A DNA stretch of 64,000 bases from Podarcis cretensis (Eukaryota): contig OX638155.1 of assembly GCA_951804945.1 (NCBI GenBank), forward strand, positions 5,518,001-5,582,000. Reading direction: 5' to 3'. Numbering within the stretch: position 1 is the stretch's first letter; every line of letters starts with the position of its first letter. The notes under the pieces are model-generated. The model made no database searches and was not told the DNA's origin. It was given only the letters and a program-made list of their open reading frames with translations. A program made the translations under genes and the position numbers. Positions 12,171 through 22,436 of this stretch are shown here, piece after piece.

Positions 12171-14594
12171 ATGGAAGAAAAACAGAGGCCTTGGAGTTAC
12201 AAAGAAATAATCATACAATGCCTTCTAATGGTGAATATTTGGAAGGCAGTTTCTGGACAGATCCACTACTCCATTCCAGAGGAGATGCAGAGAAGCTCAT
12301 TTGTGGGGAATATTGCAAAGGACCTGGGGATAGATCGGAAGCAGCTTTTGGACCATGGACTCCGCATTGTAACTAGTACAGGTATGATTCAGTATTTTGA
12401 ACTGAATTTCAATACTGGCCATTTACAAACCTCTGAGAGAATAGACAGAGAGAAAATCTGTGGAAGGGCAGAAATGTGCATCTTAAAGTTTCAAGTTATT
12501 GCTGAGAGCAACTTAAAGCTTTATGTTGTTGAAGTAGAAATCATGGATATAAATGATAATGCTCCCTTCTTTCTGCTGAAGGGATGGGAACTAAAAATCA
12601 GTGAAATGTCTACACCTGGATCCCACTTCCCTCTTCCTGAAGCTCAGGATCCGGATCTGGGGATAAATTCTATACAGAGCTACCAACTCACAGGCAGTAG
12701 CCATTTTTCTCTGGATGTGCAAACAGGAGAAAGTGGGGCAAGACATGCAAAGCTGGTATTGGAGAAGCCTCTGGACAGGGAAGAGCAACCAGATTATGAT
12801 CTACTCCTCACAGCTACTGATGGAGGTGATCCGATCAGGTCTGGGACAGTACAAATCCACATCATTGTTCTTGATGCAAATGACAATGCACCTGTTTTCA
12901 GTCAACCTCTTTATGAAGTGAGTGTCAATGAGAATATTCCCAAGGGATCCACACTTTCTACGGTGCAAGCCACTGATATGGATGAAGGAATCAATGGAGA
13001 CATAAAATACTCTATCCAAAAAATCACGAAAAGGGACTCCCAAATATTTCTGTTAAATTCCACAACTGGCGAAATCACCCTTACTGGGAATCTTGATTTT
13101 GAGGAATCATCATTATATGAATTTGAGGTGCAAGCCATGGATGGGGGCGGTCTAAGTGACAGATCAAAGGTTGTGATCTTTGTTATAGACTTGAATGACA
13201 ATGCACCTGAAATAACAATAACTTTTGAACTCAACTCTGTCCTTGAGAATTCACGAACTGGAACTGTCATTGCCATTTTAAATGTCCAAGACAAGGATTC
13301 AGGAGTCAATGGGGAGGTTATGTGCTCAATTCCCAATAGCCTTCCTTTCCAACTAAAGAAAACAATGGACAATTTTTACACTTTAGTGACAGACAGAGCC
13401 CTTGATAGGGAACATGTGGCAACCTATGACATTGCTATTACAGCAACTGATAATGGGACTCCAACATTATCAACCTCTGCAATTATTTCACTGCAGCTGT
13501 TAGACACAAATGACAATCCCCCACTCTTTTTACAGTCAGCCTACACCTCTTATCTCCTAGAAAATAATCCAAGAGGAGCCTCAGTCTTTTCTCTGAAAGC
13601 AAGTGATCCGGACTGGGAAGAGAATTCCAGAATAGTATATTCCATCACTGAAAGTCAGATCAGTACACCCCCTCTCTCCTCATATCTCTCCATTAACTCT
13701 GAAAATGGGGTTGTTTATGCCTTGAGCTCCTTTGATTATGAAGAGTTTCAGGAAATTAAGTTCCTAGTCAAGGCTCAGGATGGAGGCTCTCCATCACTCA
13801 GCTCCAACGTCTCAGTGACTCTCTTCATCCTGGACCAGAATGACAATGCTCCCCAAATCCTATTCCCCTCCCCTCCCACCGACGACTCCACAGGAATAGA
13901 GTTGGCCCCTCGCTCCTCTGAGCCAGGCTACCTGGTCACTAAGGTGGTGGCCGTGGATGCGGATTCTGGCCAGAATGCCTGGCTCTCCTACCAGCTGATC
14001 AAGGCCACCGAGCCAGGGCTCTTCACTCTGGGGCTGCACACGGGAGAGATCAGGACAGCCCGATTCTTTCTGGAGAAAGATGCCCTCAAGCAAAGCCTGG
14101 TGGTTTTAGTCAAGGACAATGGGCAGCCTCCAATGTCGGCTTCAGTCACTGTCACTGTGGTCTTGGCTGACAGCATCCCTGACATGCTGACTGATCTGAG
14201 CAGTGTCCCAGTATCTGAAGATCCACAGTCAGATCTCACCTTCTACTTGGTGACTGCAGTGGCTTTTGTCTCCTGCTTGTTCCTTGCCTTCCTCCTTGTG
14301 TTACTGGCACTCAAACTTCGCAGGTGGAAAAATTCTCAGTTGTGTGACAATGGAAGTGTGCATTTTGATGGTGCTCCCATCTCTCAATTTGTGGGGATTG
14401 ATGGAGTCCGAGCATTTCTTCAGTCTTATTGCCACGAGGTTTCACTGACTTCAGGCTCTCGGAAAAGTCAGATTCTTTTTCCAATTGGAAGTTGTACCAA
14501 TACTCTGACACCACAACAGGCTCCTGATAAGCCAGGCCCTTTGTTAGTTATAGGTAACTCTAACACAGTTACGGAGGAGGCAGCAATCCCTCAG
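12171..14594 (+). CDS. PCDHGA: Protocadherin gamma A-like variable exon V3 (808 codons to donor)
   Basis: Paralog of V1 with gammaA motifs (IELAPRS, GQNAWLSY, IDGVRAFLQSYCHEVSLTSGSRKSQILFP). Donor CAG|GTGAGC at 14594/14595. Confidence 0.93.
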
Positions 14595-15266
14595 GTGAGC
14601 ACATAAATGTCAAGACTTTGGTTTCCTTTATTCAATATTCAATATTATATTATTGCATGACAAAACCTAGAGAAAGCCTGTTTATGCTTTTTATCACAAA
14701 GATGTAAAGAAATAGGGTGTTTGAGGTTCAATATATAATGAAGCAATTACTTTATTGTTTCAAATAAATACTGTATTTAAATTTAGGGCATATTTTAAAT
14801 AAATCAACTGGGTGGCAGGGAAATTCCTAATAACTGTTACTGTCTCACAGTTCTTAGAGATCTATCTAATCCATGCCTTTCTTCAGTCTTACTGCCTGAT
14901 TTGCTTGTACAAAGCTTACGTGGAGGTCATACAATGTCCAGGGTTGGGCGTTACCAGCTTTTCAACATAGCCGTGTATCACCAACCAGACATTGTGATAT
15001 AGAGATACATTGCAATGTTGAAAAGTGGAGCGAAGAACGAGCTGCATTAGGCCTAGCCATGTGAGGCACTGGGGTGAAACTGCCTCAGTATATATGGTGA
15101 AGGTGCCATATATACCAGCAAGTGAAGGTACCATTGTGCTCTGGCTCTCAAACCCATCCTGGGCGATGTATCAATACATTGGGGAGTCCTAACAACGTCT
15201 CTTCTTTATTGAGCATCTGATTTTGCATTTAGGTTTGTTACCTTTTGTGATGGCTCTGTTAGTACT

Positions 15267-15402
15267 AGTTACAGTTAGGTAGCCGTGTTGGTCCGCCATA
15301 GTCAAAACAAAATAAAAAAATCCTTCCAGTAGCACCTTAGAGACCAACTAAGTTTGTTATTGGTATGAGCTTTTGTGTGTATGCACACACTTCTTCAGTT
15401 AT
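15267..15402 (-). mobile_element. Short Penelope-like element terminal fragment with decayed hammerhead-like motif
   Basis: gttacagttaggtagccgtgttggtc...agtagcaccttagagaccaactaag...gagcttttgtgtgtatgcacacacttcttcag resembles reptile Penelope pseudo-LTRs (from memory, unverified). Bracketed by a near-direct repeat tctgttagtact (15255-15266) / tctattagtact (15403-15414). Confidence 0.6.
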
Positions 15403-17121
15403 TCTATTAGTACTGTTTTAGTTCTATGGGTGTGGGTGTTATCTGACTAATTTTTCTGGGAGTGAAGGAGTGGTGATGTGTGATTAATTAAGGGCCCCCT
15501 TTCCTTCCAGATTTTGAACACTGACTGAGAAGGTGGTTTTTAATTTTTTTTAAGACTATCAAAACTAGATGGAATAGGGAAGATGCATACCAGCCTCCCA
15601 TGCAATAGTCCTGCCTTGTGACATTCCACTCCAATCCTAAACTCTACTGTAGAACTCTGGTTTTGTCTTCTAAATCTGAGTTGAGGGAGGGGAGGTGCCC
15701 ACCCAATTGCCATCTGGCCCAGAGCTTTTGCTTTCTTAATGGCCCATTGCCGTTCCTTTGTTCTTTCTTAATGGCTCATCTTCCAGGTGATTACTTCATA
15801 AGGAAGCTCACCTGTATTACATTTTAACCTGTGTTGGGTCCAGGAATTTAGGGGAGTCTGGCACCCACAAACTCATAACAATATATTTGGCGCGGGGGGG
15901 GGGGGGACGACTGCTACTTTTCGTTGGAGCCTGTGACATCTAATTGTGCATTAACAGTAGCAGTAGTAACAATGCTGGGGCATGTTCAGATTCTCTACTG
16001 TTATCTTCAAATCTTACAACTCTTCACAAGATAGTTGCTTTGTTTTTCTTTACCTTTGTGCTCTATAAGCCCTATGAAGCATTATTATCTGACCATGCAA
16101 TGTAGGGACATTTAGACGTTCAATGCCATGAGACCAAAAGATCTTCAGAATAAAACCAGAGTTCTGTAATTAGGGAGATACCAGGGTAATGTGATTTGCC
16201 CTTCCCCTTACTATATTTTTGTTGTTGTCTTAGGTGGAGGAGAGATGTTCTAAGAAAAATGTGACTGTAAAGATGAGAAAGCGTATCCAAATTTGTTTTT
16301 GGAAGTTTTATCGACAGTGCCAATGTGTATCAAAACTTTACTTTAGACAGCTAGGAAATGTTGGTGGGAGACATTGTGTAGAATAAAGAGTCTGACGGAA
16401 GTGCATGTACCGCCCTCCACAGTGACATGTAGTTCTTCCATATGAGCAGGAAACTTCTTGCATACAAACAGGAAAAACATACGGTCCTTATTTTACCACA
16501 TTATTATGTGATTTCTAATCTTCATTTGATCTGCTTCTAATGAAATTGTGTCATCTTCATATTTCACTATGGAAACACATTTACACTTCCAGTTCTTTAT
16601 TCTTTTATTCAGTTGTTGAGTATCTTTATTGCATTTGTAGTCCATCTCAGAACTTTGATGCAAGGGTTGGATGGAAGATTCATTGCTTTCATATAAAACA
16701 ACAAATACACATGCATGGATTTGACTGAAATCAACACACAACAACAATAGGAATGTTAATACAATACTGAGCACGCAGGTCAACGTTGCCAGGTTTTAAA
16801 GTGACAAACATCTTGTACTATTTGTTTCATCTGTTCAGAAGATAGTTGAGGAGATATCTTAGATTGCAAACTGCCCTAGGCAGTCACCTGTTTTGCATCC
16901 CATTGATCCAGACCTAAAATATACATATCTACATAATATGCTGCTTTGCACATCATGCTAAGCCATAGTTTGTTTTAAACCATGGCTTACTCCCGCCCCT
17001 GTGGGCACTATGTGAAGCACAAGCAAGCCATAGTAAGATTTATTGTGTGAAGCCAACATATCTTCTAGACTTCTTCCTGTCTTACCACTCATGGCTTCTG
17101 TGAAACAAGCAAACGATGATC

Positions 17122-17269
17122 CATAGAATCATATAATTGTTGAGTTGGAAGGGACCATGAGGGTCATCTAGTCCAACCCCCTGAAGTGCAGGGATTTTGG
17201 CCCAATGTGGGGCTCAAACCCATGAGCCTAAGATTAAGAGTCTTATGCTCTACTAACTGAGCTATCCCA
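17122..17269 (-). mobile_element. tRNA-Lys(CTT)-derived SINE with CR1-type 3' tail
   Basis: Minus strand reads gggatagctcagttagtagagcataagactcttaatcttaggctcatgggtttgagccccacattgggc (tRNA-Lys CTT-like, A/B boxes), then ...gggggttggactagatgaccctcatggtcccttccaactc...atgattctatg (CR1 3' end). Possible gatccata TSD. Confidence 0.85.
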
Positions 17270-17644
17270 GATCCATACAACACAACATGCCACAGAATGG
17301 CTTCTTTGTGCCATGTGTGGCACCTGCAAGGACATGGGAAAGCTGCAGTAGAGCTAGGAGGCATGTTCATTTGTTTTATTTATTTAATTTACAGATTTAT
17401 AAACACTGTCCCAGCCTGATGCCATTGAACTGGTATTTTTAAAAAGGAAAGAAAAAATACAAAGTTTAAGAGACTCCAAAAACAATTTTCAAAAGATTTC
17501 TACACTTGTACAATTAATATTGAATAAAACCACTAGGTCACACTTCAGGGGGTGCCTTGTTCAGTTAACTTAAAATAAACTATGGCTTATATTGGTATGA
17601 AATCAAAATCTCTATTCATTCACATTAACTGGGACTGCATCTCA

Positions 17645-17686
17645 TGCAGTTCTCTGTCTAAACCTCGTAGTGTCACTGTTAGCCAA
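17645..17686 (+). promoter_or_regulatory. CSE / CTCF site of V4 promoter
   Basis: tgcagttctctgtctaaacctcgtagtgtcactgttagccaa (42 bp, CACT core). Confidence 0.82.
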
Positions 17687-17917
17687 TCTAGATGCATATC
17701 CACAGATACTTCCTATACTGTGATACCTCAAAGCAACTGCACAGATAATGGAAACAGCAGAGCACAAAGGAAGGACAGTCTAGCTGAGAAACTGAAAATA
17801 CTACTGGTTTAAATACAATAAGAAAAAGCGAGATTATTCTATCTAACGGGTTTGTCTCTTGTTCTGCTGAGAAACCTGTTCAAAACAAGCTGGAAAAGTA
17901 TTTTATCAGAAAACAGA

Positions 17918-20340
17918 ATGGACAGAAGGCAGAAAGAGGATGTCAAGGCACTCAGAAGGCAAGTACTGCTTCTCTTATTTTTGCCTTTCTCCTGCTGGGC
18001 TGCCTCAGAACAGATTCGCTATTCTATCCCTGAGGAGATGGCAAAGGGTTCGATTGTGGGGAATCTGGCCAAGGATTTGGGACTGAATGCCAGAGATCTA
18101 GGAAGGCGCAATCTGCATGCTGTCTCTGTGAATAAAATGCAGTATTTCAATATCAATGCAGAAAATGGAAACCTCTATGTAAATGATAGGATTGATAGAG
18201 AGGAAATATGTGACAAAACTCCACTCTGCCTGGTTAATTTTGAGGTGGTGATTGAAAATCCCTTAAATGTTTTCCATATAACTGTGGAAATTCAGGATAT
18301 TAATGACAATACTCCACATTTTTTGAAAATTAATATCAACTTAGAGATTGTGGAATCCACTTTGCCAGGCACCAGATTTCTCCTTGGGAAAGCTGAAGAT
18401 CCTGACATAGGGATGAATTCGCTCCAGAATTACCAGCTGAGCTCTAATAAATATTTGACTTTGGATGTTAAGGACACTTATGATGGAAATAAATTTGCAG
18501 ATTTAGTGCTGCAGAAACCATTAGATCGAGAGACCGAACAGACCCTTCACTTGATTCTCACAGCGTTGGATGGGGGTGAACCTAGAAAAACTGGGACTGC
18601 CCAGATATGGATTAATGTCACAGATGCCAATGACAACCCACCTGTTTTCACTCAAGAGGTGTACAAGGTCAGTTTGAGGGAAAGTGTTGCAGTTGGATCG
18701 CTTGTGCTCCGGGTTACAGCATCTGATAATGATGAAGGTTCAAATGCCCAAATCAGGTACCATTTTAGCAATATACCACTGAATGCCAACAAGAAATTCA
18801 GTCTAGATCCTTTGAATGGCTCAATCCTACTTATAGGGCTACTGGATTTTGAGGAAACCAAAGAATACACTTTGACAGTTGCAGCAAAAGATGGGGGTGG
18901 GTTAGAGACACATTGTAAAGTTGAAATAAGAGTTATTGATGAGAATGACAATTACCCCGAGGTAACCCTGGTTTCCTTGTTTAGCCCAGTCTCTGAAGAT
19001 ACTCTGCCTGGTACCTTAATAGCTCTGATCAATTTGAATGACAAAGATAGTGGAGATAATGGAAAGGTCACTTGCTATTTACAGGATGATTTGCCCTTCA
19101 GAATTCTTCCCTCATCTAACAATTACTACAAGCTCCTGACAGATAGTCCACTTGACAGAGAAATAACTCTAGAGTACAATATCTCAGTAACAGCCTCTGA
19201 CAATGGCACTCCCCCTCTCTCCTCACATAAATCTATCACACTTTTGATTGCTGATATCAATGATAATGCCCCTACCTTTCAGAAGCCATCCTACAACATC
19301 TATGTGCCAGAAAACAATCCTTCAGGTGTCTCCATTTTCACCATCAAAGCCTCTGATCCTGACATGGACCAGAACTCACGGATCACATACTCCATCCTCA
19401 ACAGCAACATTGAGGAGCTTCCCATCTCCTCCTATATCTCCATTAATTCAGAGACTGGCACCATCTATGCCCAGAGATCCTTTGACTATGAACAATTCCG
19501 AGATTTCCATCTTCAAGTGAAGGCCCAAGATGGGGGTTCTCCCCCTCTCAGCAGCAATGTGAGCGTCAGGGTGTTTGTTCTTGACAGGAATGATAACAGC
19601 CCTCGTATCCTGTCCCCCTCACAAGAAGCCAAGGGCTCAGCCTTGTTTGAGATGGTGCCTCGTTCGGCCGGGGCAGATTATCTTGTCACCAAGGTGGTGG
19701 CCGTGGATGCAGATTCTGGACACAACGCCTGGCTCTCCTACCACCTCACTCAGGCCACTGAGCCGGCACTCTTCACGGTTGGTTCTCATACTGGAGAGAT
19801 CAGGATAGCCAGGCCCTTTGTGGAGAGAGAGATGCTGTGAAACAGAGACTGGTCATTATGGTGAAGGATAACGGGCAGCCGTCTCTCTCGGCCACCATGA
19901 CTCTGAACCTGGTGTTTGCTGAGAACTTTCAGGAGGCCCTTCCGGAAATGAAGAGCCAACCCAGCAGCTCGGAGTATCAGTCTGACCTGCAGTTCTACTT
20001 GGTGCTGGCCTTAGCTGTGATCTCCTTCTTGTTCCTCTTGACTGTCATTCTGGCCGTTACAATGAAGCTCCGTCAATCAGGGCATCCCAGGTTCCTACAG
20101 TGCTTTGGTCCTGTTCCCCATTCCAAGAATGGTGCCATCTTCCCACCCAACTTTGAAGATGGGACTTTGCCCTATTCCTACCAGCTGTGTCTGTCTTCTG
20201 AGTCCAGGAAGAATGAGTTTGCCTTCCTGACACCCAATGTCCAGATGGCAGACAATATTCTTAGCGGCGAGAAATCTGATGTTCCTTTCACAGGGAGAAG
20301 TGAAAGCAATTTGCATTTGGACAAAGTTAATAATGACAAG
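17918..20340 (+). pseudogene. PCDHGB: Frameshifted protocadherin gamma B-like variable exon V4 (subfamily X)
   Basis: ATG at 17918 (MDRRQKED, matching paralog starts). GTGGAGAGAGAGATG has (GA)5 where paralogs have (GA)4, giving TGA at 19838-19840 within EC6. The rest of EC6, TM and tail continue in another frame (ORF 19837-20391) to donor AAG|GTAAAT at 20340/20341. A consensus error cannot be excluded. Confidence 0.8.
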
Positions 20341-21268
20341 GTAAATTTTCTTTTCAAAAATTATTTGTGCTGTATTTTCAATAATTTTTAACCATAACTA
20401 TAATGGAAATATTAATTGTTTACATGTAGCTTACTCTAGCTGCTATATACCTTTCAGCAATTGGCGATTAAGAGGCTGTAGAATATTCTTCATTTTAGGT
20501 TGCTCTCAGAAAGTGCAACACTTGTCGTTGATTTTAATCTAAGATTATTTTGTAGCCAAGTTTGCTATATCAACAACTTATTTTCTTTTTCTTTTTGTAG
20601 AGCGAAACTTATATTAGTTAACAAAATTAAATGGTGCCAGACAATCACCATTATAATTATGTCACATGTTAGGGCTATAGTGCTAAATTATAATTTGGTC
20701 AAATCTCGGCCAAATCAAACAAGCAAGGACCAGAGGCAGAAGGTCTCCTAGATGGGTTGCAGATAAAGGAACAAGAGCTAAGGATGGAAGACAAGTTATA
20801 TGTTCATGGACAGGCTGGTGGGCAGATATATCTCTTAGGCTAAGCCTGACCTTATTCTCATTCTCATTGAAGGACTGCAGGTAAAGAAACCTGCAGCATT
20901 CTTAGTAGCTGGAAATACATTACTAATCCATGTGCGTCTAGCAAGTCTACCTAAATACTTATGGTAAGAAGTTGACAGAATAACATAGCTCAGGTTTCTT
21001 AAATTCACTCACCACTAGCACTTCATAAATGTTGCAGTAAGCAGATACATATGCCAAAGTAACTAGATACATAGTCCCTAAAGGTCACTGACTGACAAAA
21101 AGATATGGGGAACATTGGCAGGAAGCTGTCAATAAACACATATCTGTAAGTGTGTGTCAAACAGATACTCTACATGCAAATCAACCAGATTTAACTGAAT
21201 GTCATACGTACATCTGTAGCAAATCAAAGATTCATGATGTGTAACATCTGGAATAGTTCTGAAAAGTA

Positions 21269-21714
21269 CAGGTGTCTCCCTCCACTTACACAGGGTTTAT
21301 GTTCTTGACCCCTGCAGGCATAACTGAAATCGCATAAAGTGTCCCCCCCCCCTCCAAACACCCTACTGTATCCGAAAGTATCCACAACTAGAATTGAAGT
21401 TATGGGGCTGGCAGGAGGCTGCAGGATGCATGGGAAAGCGGCTGCTGCTGCGCTATCCCACACATCAGCTGTTAGGCAAGGAAGCTGAGCAGCCTAAACA
21501 AAGCCTCTCTGTGCCTCTAGTCTCTTCTGGGCTTCCTGTGCCCTCATTGCCATCCTCTTTGGGCTCCAGGGAGGGTTTTCTTGCAAGTCACGTGGACATT
21601 TCAGCTCTCTTCTGGCATTTCCAGGTTTGAATTGAATTATTTAATTGTTTCCCAAAACCACACATATACATAGTTGAGTGCAGGTCGATATCACGTAAAT
21701 GGGGGGGGGGCCTG
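21269..21714. mobile_element. Tc1/mariner (Tigger-like) MITE, degraded
   Basis: TA|caggtgtctccctccacttac ... gtaaatggggggggggcctg|TA: imperfect TIRs with TA target duplication. Confidence 0.6.
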
Positions 21715-22116
21715 TATACAAAACTGAAATATTAATATTCTTATTCTACAGTAGAATCATATTGCAAGTATTTAAAATGCATACCTCTGCCATACTCAAA
21801 GAAGCTTTATTGAAGACATTATATTTATTTAAATGAAAAAAGTTGTTGCAAGTCCTGGAAGCCTTTTGTAACATTATCTCAAGTTTCTCACAATAAGCAG
21901 GCAGATGGAGATGTGATGACTTCTCCTCTATGTTATTGATACTATAAAGAATTTGAGTTACTGTGGGTTGTAATGTCAAATTATAAAAAATACATTTTGG
22001 GTTGTTGCTTTTGCAAAATCACAAAAGACATTATGTGTTTTACTTGCCACCCACATATGCAAGAAAGCGGCAAGAAATCCCTTATATGCTATTTGCTGAA
22101 GACATAAGACACCTCT

Positions 22117-22158
22117 TGCAGTTCCTTATCTGAGACTCAGAGTGCCGCTGTTGACCAA
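22117..22158 (+). promoter_or_regulatory. CSE / CTCF site of V5 promoter
   Basis: tgcagttccttatctgagactcagagtgccgctgttgaccaa (42 bp, CGCT core). Confidence 0.88.
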
Positions 22159-22436
22159 CATAGTTCTCACAGTGGAGCTGAAAATCCAGTGATTTGCTGC
22201 TTCTGCAATGTGATTGTTCAGTCACACAGAGCTGGGAAACAGCAGAACACAGGGACCTCCAAAGTGTTTTGCTGAGAAACAAAAACCACTGCAAAGTACA
22301 GAAATTCAACAGCAACCAGTAGCCTTGTTTATCACCCCTCATTGAGCTCTTCTGCATCCTAATGGGAATGTGAAACTCCTCATCAGCTCAACGGATCACA
22401 GAAAACAAGGATAAAGCACACATCCCTGCAAGAGGA

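Noticed and set aside
17195-17269. tRNA-Lys-like sequence (and tRNA-Ile-like at about 57464-57537)
   Set aside because: Stems and T-loop are mutated and each is fused to a CR1 tail, so these are SINE heads, not tRNA genes.
17852-17917. N-terminal extension of the V4 ORF in the ORF track
   Set aside because: It starts at TTG; paralog alignment places the start at ATG 17918.
19837-20391. Separate 184-aa TM protein ORF
   Set aside because: It is the out-of-frame 3' remainder of V4, not an independent gene.
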